Assembly: GCA_964574035.1 (NCBI GenBank)
Contig: CAZNLD010000006.1
Span: forward strand, 1-61,040
Reading direction: 5' to 3'
Length of the DNA: 61,040 nt
From: Candidatus Undinarchaeota archaeon
Lineage (GTDB): Archaea > Undinarchaeota > Undinarchaeia > Undinarchaeales > JALTGF01
Part shown: one piece after another, positions 48,037 to 57,187 of the stretch
Layout: every line of letters starts with the position of its first letter
How positions within the stretch are numbered: position 1 is the first letter of the stretch
Made by a program: the position numbers and the translations under genes
The notes under the pieces: model-generated
What the model saw: only the letters and a program-made list of their open reading frames with translations
What the model was told of the DNA's origin: nothing
The model's database searches: none

Positions 48037-48637
48037 TTTTCCATCCTTTTACAATAGAATGATAATGTTCTGCCGGAAATATGTCAAGTTCAAGCTTTTT
48101 ATCTTTTTCCCTTAAAACTGTCCTAATTTCAGTTTCGTATTCAGAAGTTTTAGTTTTACCGGCTTTTATTGAGTCTAATATGAATAGTTTATCGCTTAAA
48201 TAGTTAATGGTTTTGTATCCAATGCCTGCCAGAGGGCTGAAATATTCAATATCATATCTGTCTTCAAGAGACCTCATTTCATTAAAAGTGACCTTTGGAG
48301 TTCTATCATCTCTTCTGCATCCGTCTGATAATAATACTTTGGGCCCGTATTTTTCAGCAGCTTTGTCAAGAACTTCATGATGAACCTTGTTAATTGCATT
48401 GTTTGGAAAGCCGTCCTTTTCTGCTGTTTCTGCGGCTTTTTCTATGATTTTTGAATCCATTTTAAGTATTTCAAATGGGTAATCAAGAACTTCGGATGCG
48501 TTTTCTGCTGTCTTAACTGCTTTCGGTTCAATTCCAAAATTGGCTGTAATTAATTTAGGTTTGTAGTCTAATTTTTCCAAAATATAGGCGGCGAGAGAAC
48601 TGTCTTTACCTCCTGAAAATAGAACATAAGATTTCAT
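48023..48637 (-). CDS. PP-loop ATPase superfamily protein (conserved in the archaeal S19e-L39e cluster)
   Basis: [36 protein letters not shown]. Confidence 0.88.
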   Translation of the reverse strand: MKSYVLFSGGKDSSLAAYILEKLDYKPKLITANFGIEPKAVKTAENASEVLDYPFEILKMDSKIIEKAAETAEKDGFPNNAINKVHHEVLDKAAEKYGPKVLLSDGCRRDDRTPKVTFNEMRSLEDRYDIEYFSPLAGIGYKTINYLSDKLFILDSIKAGKTKTSEYETEIRTVLREKDKKLELDIFPAEHYHSIVKGWKNGKK

Positions 48638-48966
48638 CGTCTTTTAATATTGAATTCTTTTCTTGTCATATTGTTTATTTTGCTTAGAATGCCTCTGAGG
48701 TCTTCTTCAGATACCTTAATTTCAAGTTGCCCTGCCTGAACGGCCCTTAAAATTGCCTGCGCAGCTGCATATGCATTCTGCTCATTTGCAAACTTAACAT
48801 TATTCCACTTGTCCCAGGCTTTTGGAGTTAAAACTTTTCTTAAAGCTCTTTCAATCTGTGCTTTTGCCTGACTGACTTTTTCTTCCTGCTCTTCCTCAGA
48901 CTCCTGCTTTTTCTTGAGCTCTTCTAATTTTTTCTTTCTAATTTTTTCCAGTTCTTTGTCGTTCAT
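48634..48966 (-). CDS. PDCD5-like DNA-binding protein
   Basis: ELEKIRKKKLEEL, LRKVLTPKA, EFNIKRR; follows S19e. Confidence 0.88.
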   Translation of the reverse strand: MNDKELEKIRKKKLEELKKKQESEEEQEEKVSQAKAQIERALRKVLTPKAWDKWNNVKFANEQNAYAAAQAILRAVQAGQLEIKVSEEDLRGILSKINNMTRKEFNIKRR

Positions 48967-48981
48967 TTTATTAAAAGTAGC

Positions 48982-49407
48982 TTACTCTTTCCTTTTGCCG
49001 ATTTTGTAAGCAAGATTGTCAAGCAGTTTCTGTCCTTCCGGAGTTACTTTTCTCCCTTTTTTTTCTTTCTTTCCTACATAACCTGCTTTTTCAAGCTGCT
49101 GAAGAATTGTTCTAATTATTTTTCCTGAACCTTTTACATGCTTTTCAGGTTTTGAACCTCTGTTCTTTTTTCCGCCGTATTCGGTTCTTAATCTTGAAAC
49201 TCCGACAGGTCCTTTCAGGTAAATTTTCCTTAAAATAGAAGCTGTTCTGATATGCCAGAAGTCGGGCTGTTCTGGAGGCCTCTCTCTTGAAGCTCCTGCC
49301 TTTACAATTAAAGCCCATTCCGGCTGGCTGACTGCGTCGTTCTTCTTCAGTTCTTCTGTTAGTGCTTTTATCAGCTTATCAGCTGGCACGTCATATGGTG
49401 TTGTCAT
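48982..49407 (-). CDS. rps19e: 30S ribosomal protein eS19
   Basis: YDVPAD, PEWA, WHIRTASILRKIY, GPVGV, GSGKIIRTILQQLE. Confidence 0.96.
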   Translation of the reverse strand: MTTPYDVPADKLIKALTEELKKNDAVSQPEWALIVKAGASRERPPEQPDFWHIRTASILRKIYLKGPVGVSRLRTEYGGKKNRGSKPEKHVKGSGKIIRTILQQLEKAGYVGKKEKKGRKVTPEGQKLLDNLAYKIGKRKE

Positions 49408-49458
49408 GGCTTGTTTCTTTGTATAAAGTAGTTTATTAAGGTTTTGTAATTATTTGTT

Positions 49459-49585
49459 AATGGTTAATGGTTTGGTGCATAGTTGGCAGCTTTTGGTTAT
49501 TTTAGAGAGGTATTTTGCCTCATTAACAGCTGCCCGCTACGGACAAATCCATTTACGATTTACTATCTACCATTTACGATTTATA
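49459..49585 (+). repeat. heptamer-flanked dispersed hairpin element
   Basis: ATGGTTA 7-mers; GGCAGCT...AGCTGCC stem with inner GAGG/CCTC hairpin; TTTACGA/TTTACTA 7-mers; overlaps the rnp4 stop codon. Confidence 0.85.
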
Positions 49586-49897
49586 TGGATATCTCATAAC
49601 TTCTCCGCAGTCATTGCAGGTAATTATTCTTCTGGACTGTCCTTTCTTCTGTTTAAGTCTTACAGTACAGTTAACTCCCGGCTTCAGATAGTGGTGGCAG
49701 TTTTTGCATACCTTTCTTTTGTACTTCTTTGGTATGCTTACCCTGTATCTCATTCCAATATTTCTTGCCTTTCTTACATATTCATGAGCTAATTCAGGAT
49801 TTTCCGGAAAAACTTTTTCAGCTTCCTTGAAGAGAATTTCAATTCTTTCTTCGGCGGTTTTTTTCTGGCCTTTCGGTTTTCTGCCTCTGTTTCCCAT
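49574..49897 (-). CDS. rnp4: ribonuclease P protein component 4 (Rpp21)
   Basis: AEERIEILF, YVRKARNI, CKNC...PG...VRL, TCNDCG..MRYP. Confidence 0.94.
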   Translation of the reverse strand: MGNRGRKPKGQKKTAEERIEILFKEAEKVFPENPELAHEYVRKARNIGMRYRVSIPKKYKRKVCKNCHHYLKPGVNCTVRLKQKKGQSRRIITCNDCGEVMRYPYKS

Positions 49898-50046
49898 TAT
49901 CTTCCGGTAGCCAGTTTCTTCAGCTTTCTCTGCTTTTTGACTTCTTTTGAATCATAGCAGTCGTTGCAGATTCTTTCGCCTTTCCATTTTCTTGAATCTG
50001 ATTTGTCTACTTCTTTTCCGCATTTATTGCAGGTTATTTTTGGCAT
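49897..50046 (-). CDS. small C4 zinc-finger protein (49 aa, not in the ORF track)
   Basis: MPKITCNKCGKEVDKSDSRKWKGERICNDCYDSKEVKKQRKLKKLATGR; stop overlaps the rnp4 ATG (TAATG). Confidence 0.8.
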   Translation of the reverse strand: MPKITCNKCGKEVDKSDSRKWKGERICNDCYDSKEVKKQRKLKKLATGR

Positions 50047-50083
50047 AAGTATGAATTAGTGTTTAGAATTATAAAGATGTTGA

Positions 50084-50971
50084 TTACAGGCTTTTAATAT
50101 ATTCTGAATATGTTTTCCTGTTTATTCTTCCTGTCTCTTTTTCAAGTTTTTCCAATCTGTCCTCAAATTTACTTGATTTATAAAAATAAACTCCTTCTAA
50201 TTTGCCAATTAAAGCATTATATTTTTTTTCTTCAAGAAGAGTGTCTATGAGTTCCAAACCAACAGTTAAAAACTCTAATTTAACTCCTGTTTTTTGAAAT
50301 ATTTTTTCTGAAAAACCATTTAATTTCTTTTTTAATGTCCTGCGGTCATTTTTTGAATACCCTTTTACATACACTGCAAAATCAACATCTGAAAGAGTTG
50401 TGAAATAGCTCTGCTCCGGTTGAAAAATTGAGCCCTTGCCTATTACTGCAGTCAGCCCGTTAATATTAATAAGTTCGTCAATATATTTTTTTGCTGTCTT
50501 AATTCTTGACTTTCTGTATTCATCCTGTTTCGAAATCAGAATTTCTTTAGTTTTTTTACCTTTTTCAGGATGCTCCTTGTCAAAAACCAGAACTGAAGTG
50601 GGCTTGCAGGGGTCAATGTCTCTTTTTAGTGAAATATATCCTATTTTTGAACTGCTTATTAATTCTTCAATTGCAGGGCAGTAAATTTCAAAGTAAAATA
50701 TGAAGAATTCTTCATACAGATCAAGAACTTTTTCAATTTTATCTCCTGTAACTTTTGTATATCTTTTTGCAGCTGTTTTTGCGTACAGTTCTCTGCCTTT
50801 TTTATGCAGAAACACTGAAAGGTATGTAGTCAGAGCTAATCTTGCATTAACCAACTCCTGCTGTTTTGTTTCCTTCAAAAACATTGATACTGCAAGGTGC
50901 CCATTTAAAACAGCTCTGGGAAAATCTTCAAGAAAACTAATTATGTCTTTTTTTAGGGGCTCTAAATCCAT
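50084..50971 (-). CDS. hypothetical protein with a C-terminal Pol-beta-type nucleotidyltransferase-like domain
   Basis: AVIGKGS...SDVDFAV matches the hG[GS]...DxD signature. Confidence 0.6.
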   Translation of the reverse strand: MDLEPLKKDIISFLEDFPRAVLNGHLAVSMFLKETKQQELVNARLALTTYLSVFLHKKGRELYAKTAAKRYTKVTGDKIEKVLDLYEEFFIFYFEIYCPAIEELISSSKIGYISLKRDIDPCKPTSVLVFDKEHPEKGKKTKEILISKQDEYRKSRIKTAKKYIDELININGLTAVIGKGSIFQPEQSYFTTLSDVDFAVYVKGYSKNDRRTLKKKLNGFSEKIFQKTGVKLEFLTVGLELIDTLLEEKKYNALIGKLEGVYFYKSSKFEDRLEKLEKETGRINRKTYSEYIKSL

Positions 50972-51009
50972 ATTGAATATGTTGTGTGAGAATTATTTAA
51001 GGTTGTTGA

Positions 51010-51789
51010 TTATCCCTTTTCAAAATAAAATTCTGCTTTTTCCTTTTTCCATTTCTTCCATTTCAGCTGGATACCCGGGTTCATGAGTTCTTCTACTGCT
51101 TCTCTCAGTTTTGGATGAAGTCCAACGAATTGACTCTTTTTGATTTTGAACAAAGGAGATTTGGCATGAGTAAGTTCTTTAGAAGGCACTGTTTTCTTTC
51201 TGTAAAGCTCTTTTATAATTCCTACTGCATGGGCATCAACCTCATTACCCATTAAAAGAATCCTTAGGAATAATTGTTTTTCATTCCAATAGATGGGTAC
51301 TGTTTTATAGTAACCTCCTTTTTTTCTTTTTATTTCTTTGCGTCTTTTTCTTCTACCAGACGAAATGTATCTTTCACTGAGTATGTCTCTTAATACACTA
51401 TCCCAGCTCTGCCCTCCCTGGAAATTTCGGAAAGCTTCTCTTACATGCCCTGCTTCAATATTTAGCTTCTTCCCTCCATGTTCATTTATTTCTTTTACAA
51501 ATTCAGTATTAGTGACTGCCCATGGAATATTTTCCCTGAATTCAGTTAAAAAGTAAAAAAGAACGGCAGTTCGTTTGTATCTATTAGTTCCTTTAAACAA
51601 TTCAACTGCGTCTTTCCAGTCAAACTTTTTTTTCTTCAAAATTTTTAAAAATGTATCAATTTTTAATCGTCTTTCAACCGTTCTAAGAATTAATTCATGC
51701 AAGCTTGCTCTAATAGTCCCAGAGATTTTAGAGTTTAAGAAGTCGTTTATTAGTTCTTTTCTATCCTGACCTTTTCGACTAGTCTTCAT
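51010..51789 (-). CDS. hypothetical basic protein
   Basis: 259-aa ORF co-oriented with kae1; no motif recognised. Confidence 0.6.
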   Translation of the reverse strand: MKTSRKGQDRKELINDFLNSKISGTIRASLHELILRTVERRLKIDTFLKILKKKKFDWKDAVELFKGTNRYKRTAVLFYFLTEFRENIPWAVTNTEFVKEINEHGGKKLNIEAGHVREAFRNFQGGQSWDSVLRDILSERYISSGRRKRRKEIKRKKGGYYKTVPIYWNEKQLFLRILLMGNEVDAHAVGIIKELYRKKTVPSKELTHAKSPLFKIKKSQFVGLHPKLREAVEELMNPGIQLKWKKWKKEKAEFYFEKG

Positions 51790-51824
51790 AATACTTCTGT
51801 ATATTTTAAATTATAAATAATTGT

Positions 51825-52802
51825 TTACCATTCAATATCCACTTCATCAGTCCTATACTTCTGGTCTACTTTACTTTCCTTGAATTTTGTTTCAATGCCT
51901 GCTTTTAACATCAGAGCGCCGGTCCAGGCAATCATTGTTCCGTTGTCTCCGGAGTATTCTTTCGGTACTGTATAGAAATTGGCCTTTCTTTCTTCTGCCA
52001 TAATTTTAATCATTTCTTTAAACCTTGAATTGGCTGCAACTCCTCCTGTAACAATGACTTCCTCTTTTTCTGTATGAGCCATTGCCCTTTCAGTAACTTC
52101 TGTAAGCATTGCAAAGGCAGTTTCCTGTAATGAATAGGCAATTTCTTCCTTCTTTTCCCCTTCTTTGTACTTGTTCCTGCAGGCGGTTGCTAAACCTGTG
52201 AAGCTCAAATCCATTCCCTTTACTGTATAAGGAAGTTCAATGTAATTTTTTGATTTTTTGGCAAGTTTTTCAATTTTAGGGCCTCCCGGATGCTTTAAAC
52301 CCATTGTCCTAGCTACTGAGTCTAAACAGTTTCCAACTGCTATGTCTAAAGTCTCCCCGAATACTCTATATCTTCCTCCTGCAAGGGCTATTACCTGGGT
52401 ATTCCCGCCGGAGCAATACAAAACTACGGGGTCTTCAGCTTCAGTTAAAAGTTTGGCAATTTCTATATGGCCTATGCAGTGGTTAACTCCAAGAAGTGGT
52501 TTGTCGTATTTTATTGATAAGTATCTTGCAATTGATGATGAAATTCTTAGGCAGGCTCCCAATCCGGGTCCTTTTGAATAGGCGAATGCATCAATATCTT
52601 TCAGTTTTAGACCGGCTTTTTTTAATGCTTCTTTCAATACAGGAAAAGAATTCTTTGCAATGAAATCGGCCGCTTTTCTTGGCATGATTCCGCCTTTCTC
52701 TGGTTTGAATGTTTTTCTTGCGTCAGCCAGGATAGCTCCGTCTGTATCTACTATTCCAATTCCAATTGTATGGGCAGTTGATTCAATTCCTAGTACTTTC
52801 AT
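51825..52802 (-). CDS. kae1: tRNA N6-threonylcarbamoyladenosine synthase Kae1 (KEOPS)
   Basis: LGIESTAHT, GPGLGACL, VNHCIGHIE, SGGNTQ, GETLDIAVGN, GGVAAN, DNGTMIA. Confidence 0.96.
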   Translation of the reverse strand: MKVLGIESTAHTIGIGIVDTDGAILADARKTFKPEKGGIMPRKAADFIAKNSFPVLKEALKKAGLKLKDIDAFAYSKGPGLGACLRISSSIARYLSIKYDKPLLGVNHCIGHIEIAKLLTEAEDPVVLYCSGGNTQVIALAGGRYRVFGETLDIAVGNCLDSVARTMGLKHPGGPKIEKLAKKSKNYIELPYTVKGMDLSFTGLATACRNKYKEGEKKEEIAYSLQETAFAMLTEVTERAMAHTEKEEVIVTGGVAANSRFKEMIKIMAEERKANFYTVPKEYSGDNGTMIAWTGALMLKAGIETKFKESKVDQKYRTDEVDIEW

Positions 52803-52816
52803 TTTAGGAGAATTAG

Positions 52817-52863
52817 TTGTTTTTCTTATTTAGTAGTTTCTTTGATTAACTGGCTTGAGTTAA
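52817..52863. repeat. 47-bp direct repeat (left copy) ending in the TTAACT-N6-AGTTAA site
   Basis: Identical to 54144-54190. Confidence 0.92.
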
Positions 52864-52980
52864 GAAAAGCTTATAAGTGATAAAATACTTAATACAAAAA
52901 AGTGTATTACTTTATACAAAAAAGTGGAAAACTATATAAATAAAGAAATAAAATATACAAAAAAGTGGAGAGATAGTAAA

Positions 52981-53517
52981 ATGAGCTATATGAAATATAA
53001 GACTTTCAAACAAAAGAACATGATAAGGCCAATTGCCAGAGTAGAAAAAGAAAACATTCTGAAATTTCAGGAAACTGCTTACAAAGAAGACAGAGAACTT
53101 GCCGGGAAACTGGAATCAGACTTTCCCCGGTGGTCAATTGTTACAGGATACTATGCGATGCACGATATTGCAAAACTTTACATAGCAAAAACACTTTCAG
53201 AACGAATAAGCGGAAAAAATGTACATGCTGCAACTATAACTGCACTGGGCAGGGCTTTAGACGAGCCTAAGGAAAAGAAAAAGGCAGTTGAATTAATGGA
53301 GCAGGCGGAAAAAGAATATAGTAAAGTTACTAATCCAAACCCAAGGTGGATAGCTCAAAAACTCAAAAGAGCGAAGTCGGAGAGAGGAAAGGCGCAGTAT
53401 TACTCTGGTCCTAAAACCGAAAGAACAATAAAGCAGGCGAGAGATTTTAGAATTGAAGTGGTTGAACCTTTTGTTCAACTAGTAGAAAATATAATGGAGG
53501 CAGGAAATGCTGCTTGA
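52981..53517 (+). CDS. HEPN domain protein
   Basis: WSIVTGYYAMH, H in KNVHAAT, ERGKAQYY; overlaps the downstream MNT gene; start codon uncertain. Confidence 0.8.
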   Translation: MSYMKYKTFKQKNMIRPIARVEKENILKFQETAYKEDRELAGKLESDFPRWSIVTGYYAMHDIAKLYIAKTLSERISGKNVHAATITALGRALDEPKEKKKAVELMEQAEKEYSKVTNPNPRWIAQKLKRAKSERGKAQYYSGPKTERTIKQARDFRIEVVEPFVQLVENIMEAGNAA

Positions 53518-54103
53518 AACAGTACTCGGATATAAAAGCTCCTGGAGGGTCCTTGAATTAATGGCGGAAACTCCTGGAAGAAGCTACAGGAGGCAGGAGC
53601 TGAAAGAATATACTCAGCTGGGCAATAAAAGTTTAAGCTCAGCCCTTCAGAGACTTACTCTGGCTGGAATTCTCAGGAAGAAACAAGGCAGATATATTCT
53701 AAACATGTCCAGTAAAACTGTAAGTTCTCTTGTAAAAGAAATAAAATCTGCATGGGCTTTTCTTGGTCACCTGGATTACGATACTAAGATAGTTCTGAAT
53801 GAGTTTACACGAAAGACGATTGATAAATTGTCTGGCATTAGAAAAATTATTTTATTCGGCTCATCTGCAAGGGGGACAGCATCAGAGGACAGTGATATTG
53901 ATATTGCGCTTGTTATTGAAAAGCAGGACAGTGGAGTAAAAGAGAAAATGTATGAGATAACTGAAAAACTTGAGGAAAGATACGGCAGAGAAGTGCAGGT
54001 TCATTATTTTACTCCAGCTGAATTAGAAGACAAAAAGGATAAAATGGCAGAGCAGGTAAGGGAAGAAGGAAAAGATCTTTTAGGAATCCCTGAGTTTGAG
54101 TAG
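53507..54103 (+). CDS. wHTH plus minimal nucleotidyltransferase (MNT) protein
   Basis: N-terminal HTH-like segment; IILFGSSARG...DSDIDIAL. Confidence 0.88.
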   Translation: MLLETVLGYKSSWRVLELMAETPGRSYRRQELKEYTQLGNKSLSSALQRLTLAGILRKKQGRYILNMSSKTVSSLVKEIKSAWAFLGHLDYDTKIVLNEFTRKTIDKLSGIRKIILFGSSARGTASEDSDIDIALVIEKQDSGVKEKMYEITEKLEERYGREVQVHYFTPAELEDKKDKMAEQVREEGKDLLGIPEFE

Positions 54104-54143
54104 TTTACTATTGTTAACAATTGTTCACTAAAGTTAACGAAAA

Positions 54144-54190
54144 TTGTTTTTCTTATTTAGTAGTTTCTTTGATTAACTGGCTTGAGTTAA
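54144..54190. repeat. 47-bp direct repeat (right copy) ending in the TTAACT-N6-AGTTAA site
   Basis: Identical to 52817-52863. Confidence 0.92.
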
Positions 54191-54249
54191 ATTAAACTTA
54201 TAAAAATGTTTTAGCAAGATTTATATACTAATAGACAAATAAGATATAT

Positions 54250-54585
54250 ATGAATATTGGCTTAAAGGATGTAAAAAGAATAAACAAAGAACTGGGCGGA
54301 AACCTAAGGGATTCCGGCAGCCTGGAGTTTGCAATTTCTGCAGGGAAGGATAAATCTGAAAGGAGAAAGCTTGCTCTTTTATGGAGAGCAATTCTTACTG
54401 ACCATCCTTTTGATGATGCAAATAAAAGGACTGTTGAAATAATTACAAGAAAATATGCTAAAGAGAATGATTATGAAGTAGATACTGAAGCCTTAGTTAA
54501 AGAAATTATTGATATTTCAAAGAATAACATTACTAACCTTGACAAAATAGAAAGGAGGATTAAATATGCGGCAACAGGAAATTAA
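54250..54585 (+). CDS. Fic/Doc family toxin
   Basis: Doc-type motif HPFDDANKRT. Confidence 0.88.
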   Translation: MNIGLKDVKRINKELGGNLRDSGSLEFAISAGKDKSERRKLALLWRAILTDHPFDDANKRTVEIITRKYAKENDYEVDTEALVKEIIDISKNNITNLDKIERRIKYAATGN

Positions 54586-54781
54586 ATCTTTAATTGAAGA
54601 AAGCAGAAAGGAAGGCGGAATTACTGCGTTGGAAGAGTACGATAGGACCAGAAAGCTTCCTTTTCAGAAGGAAAGAGTTTCCTTTACTATAGAAAGGAGT
54701 GTTTTGGAAAAGTTCAGACAGAAATACAAAGGGAATATGTCAGAAGTTGTTGAAGAGAAAATAAGGGAAGTTGTTGATTAA
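54566..54781 (+). CDS. putative ribbon-helix-helix antitoxin
   Basis: KERVSFTIERSVLEKFR...NMSEVVE RHH-like pattern; overlaps the toxin gene. Confidence 0.7.
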   Translation: MRQQEIKSLIEESRKEGGITALEEYDRTRKLPFQKERVSFTIERSVLEKFRQKYKGNMSEVVEEKIREVVD

Positions 54782-54795
54782 CTTAACCCAGTCAA
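54778..54795. promoter_or_regulatory. TTAACT-N6-AGTTAA site, inverted and degenerate
   Basis: TTAACTTAACCCAGTCAA has 2 mismatches to the reverse complement of 21928-21945; followed by ATTAAACTTAAAT. Confidence 0.6.
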
Positions 54796-54890
54796 ATTAA
54801 ACTTAAATAGAATATATTGTTTTTAAGAAATTGATGCCGGAGCTCGGCATGACCAACACAGTAATTATGTTGTGTTGAAAGTAGCATATA

Positions 54891-54934
54891 AAATTACTGT
54901 TAAAAATAAAGACAGACTGATTATTGATGTTTAA
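54891..54934 (+). pseudogene. remnant 3' end of an AbrB-type antitoxin gene
   Basis: AAATTACTGTTAAAAATAAAGACAGACTGATTATTGATGTTTAA matches the end of 57171-57518 with 3 mismatches. Confidence 0.7.
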
Positions 54935-55008
54935 TCAGTCTTTCATATAAAAATTAAGTGGGGCCTTACAGTATTAGTGTAAAGCCTTGTTTTACTCAAA
55001 ATTCGCGT

Positions 55009-55224
55009 TTATTCTTCAGAAGCTTCTGCTTTTCTTACGTTTACTGCGTTAGGTCCTTTGTCGCTTTCTTCTTTTTCGAATTCAACTGTGTCTCCTTCTT
55101 TAGGAGTGTATCCTTCTTTAACACTGTTTACGTGGAAGAATAAGTCTTTTCCTTCTTCTGAACCATCTACGTCAATAAAACCGTAGCTTTTTTCTTTTAT
55201 GAATCTTTTTATGTTTCCTTTCAT
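55009..55224 (-). CDS. cspA: cold shock domain protein
   Basis: KSYGFI (RNP1), DLFFHV (RNP2), EGDTVEF, KGPNAVNV; GGAGGTG Shine-Dalgarno. Confidence 0.93.
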   Translation of the reverse strand: MKGNIKRFIKEKSYGFIDVDGSEEGKDLFFHVNSVKEGYTPKEGDTVEFEKEESDKGPNAVNVRKAEASEE

Positions 55225-55341
55225 GTTTAACACCTCCGTGTAACTTCGAAATAATCTCCTATAATTAGCAAAACTATCTCTTATGTTAAATTAATGTGGT
55301 AGATGGTTTAAATAGGTTGGTAATTGAAATTAATCATTAAC

Positions 55342-55359
55342 TTAACTCATTCCAGTTAA
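55342..55359. promoter_or_regulatory. TTAACT-N6-AGTTAA site, inverted
   Basis: TTAACTCATTCCAGTTAA followed by ATTAATTTTATAAA. Confidence 0.65.
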
Positions 55360-55395
55360 ATTAATTTTATAAATTAAAAATTTCAAGCTGGTTCC

Positions 55396-55770
55396 ATGGA
55401 AACATTAGATGTCAGCAGAATTGAATCATTAAGAACAAGCGTTAAGATCATATTTAATTATGGGCATATTGTAGACAACATTTTAGCTAGAGGCTTCAAT
55501 CTCTCGGCTTCTAAAATAATAGATGAAATGAAACAAGCAATTAGGAAGTTCGGAGATTTTATCCCTCATGAAAAAAGCGAAGACAAATTTTATTGCGTTT
55601 ATTTCAATGAAGAAAATGAACTTGTCACTATGCCATGCGTCTTTGAAGGAGGAAGCAGGCCAAAAATTATAGTGTTGAGTATTTTTAGAAAGGATCGGGG
55701 CTGGCTTAAACATATCTGCCAAAAAGTTAACTTTAAATATAGAAAACAACTAGGTAAAGGTGAGAAGTAA
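55396..55770 (+). CDS. putative DUF4258/RelE-like toxin
   Basis: H...ARGF start and terminal IIVLSIF strand; upstream of a YgiT-type zinc finger. Confidence 0.5.
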   Translation: METLDVSRIESLRTSVKIIFNYGHIVDNILARGFNLSASKIIDEMKQAIRKFGDFIPHEKSEDKFYCVYFNEENELVTMPCVFEGGSRPKIIVLSIFRKDRGWLKHICQKVNFKYRKQLGKGEK

Positions 55771-55771
55771 A

Positions 55772-55975
55772 ATGAAATGCGCTTACTGCGACAGTGAAGA
55801 TGTAAAGCTCAAAAAGAACGAAGAGCTTGAAGTTGAACTTAAAAATCCGGGAAAGATTGAACTTCATGCTGATTTTTATAAATGTTTAGACTGTGGAGAA
55901 AAATATTTGGATGAGAAAAATATGGAAAAGGTTGCAAAGAAAATAGACGAAGTAAGAAAAACCATCCAAGATTAA
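55772..55975 (+). CDS. YgiT/MqsA-type zinc finger protein
   Basis: MKCAYC...YKCLDCGEKYLD; AGGTGA Shine-Dalgarno. Confidence 0.82.
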   Translation: MKCAYCDSEDVKLKKNEELEVELKNPGKIELHADFYKCLDCGEKYLDEKNMEKVAKKIDEVRKTIQD

Positions 55976-56029
55976 TAACCTCTAATTATTTAGAAATGTA
56001 TTTAATTAATACAGGTGGATTACTTATTT

Positions 56030-56809
56030 ATGGATAAGAAAATTGGAATAATTGGTATTGGAAGTATGGGAGAAGTTCTTCTAAGGCATATACTGAAACA
56101 GAAAATTGCTGATCCTGAAGATGTGTATATAAGCGATCCTAAAAAAAGTAAACTGGATGAGCTTAAAGAAGAGCTTTCAATTAATACTTCTAATAACAAG
56201 GAAACTGCTGAAAGGTCAGATGTTTTAATTCTGGCTGTAAGACCTCAAGTATTGGAAGATGTTCTGTCTGAGATTAAGTCTTCAGTTACTGAACAGTTAG
56301 TGATTTCTGTTGCTGCAGGGGTGGAGACGGGCTTCATTAAGCGGTTTCTTTCAAATGCTTCCGTTGTAAGGGTCATGCCCAACCTCTTATATACGGTAGG
56401 CAGGGGTTCTGCTGTATATTGTTCTGGAGGTGTAGACTCTGAGGGAGACGAAGAGGTAGTAAAAGAGATATTTGGTACTTCCGGACTCTGTTTTAAGCTT
56501 AATGAGGATAAGATGGATTCGGCAACTGCAGTTATTGGAAGCGGTCCTGCATTTGTTAAGTATCTGGCTGATTCGTTTGTTTCTGGTGCAGAAGAACAGG
56601 GTTTTTCAAAAGAAGATGCTGAAAAGGTTGTTATACAAATATTAAAAGGAACTGCGGACAGTTTTAATGATTCTAGTGATGTTGCAACAAAAGGCGGGGC
56701 AACTATTGAAGGTTTGAAAGTTCTTGAAGAGTATAAAGTTAAGGAAGCTGTTTCTGAATGTTTGAAAGCTGTTAAGAAAAGGGCTGAAGAATTGAAGCAA
56801 AGGGAATGA
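56030..56809 (+). CDS. proC: pyrroline-5-carboxylate reductase
   Basis: IGIIGIGSMG, LAVRPQ, ISVAAG, VRVMPN, GSGPAF, VATKGGATIEGL. Confidence 0.94.
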   Translation: MDKKIGIIGIGSMGEVLLRHILKQKIADPEDVYISDPKKSKLDELKEELSINTSNNKETAERSDVLILAVRPQVLEDVLSEIKSSVTEQLVISVAAGVETGFIKRFLSNASVVRVMPNLLYTVGRGSAVYCSGGVDSEGDEEVVKEIFGTSGLCFKLNEDKMDSATAVIGSGPAFVKYLADSFVSGAEEQGFSKEDAEKVVIQILKGTADSFNDSSDVATKGGATIEGLKVLEEYKVKEAVSECLKAVKKRAEELKQRE

Positions 56810-56844
56810 AGGTTGTTTGTAGGTCGTAAGTAGTATTTATCCAA

Positions 56845-56862
56845 TTAACTCAGTTGAGTTAA
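56845..56862. promoter_or_regulatory. TTAACT-N6-AGTTAA site
   Basis: TTAACTCAGTTGAGTTAA followed by ATTAAACTTATAA, as after the site at 54173-54190. Confidence 0.7.
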
Positions 56863-56935
56863 ATTAAACTTATAAGTACTTCTGCTGATTCTCTATTTGA
56901 TAAAAAGATATATATAATGTTATAACTTTGTTAAT

Positions 56936-57187
56936 ATGAAAGATATACTCTGGACAAAACACGCCTTGAAGTCGGCATCAGAAGATAGATTTGCAACGAC
57001 TGACGTTGAAAAAAATCTGAACAATATAGTGCATCTATATTCAGAAAATGGGAAGAAAAAAGGCGTGATTAAAGTTGGAGAAAGATACTGCACCATAATA
57101 TATTGCAAAGGATCCGGTAAACTTAAGATAATAACCTGCTGGAAAAGCAGCTGGTGGGAAGTGAAAGCATATGAAAGAGAAAGGTAA
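56936..57187 (+). CDS. DUF4258-like toxin
   Basis: WTKHA...DRF, LKIITCW, WEVKAY. Confidence 0.72.
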   Translation: MKDILWTKHALKSASEDRFATTDVEKNLNNIVHLYSENGKKKGVIKVGERYCTIIYCKGSGKLKIITCWKSSWWEVKAYERER

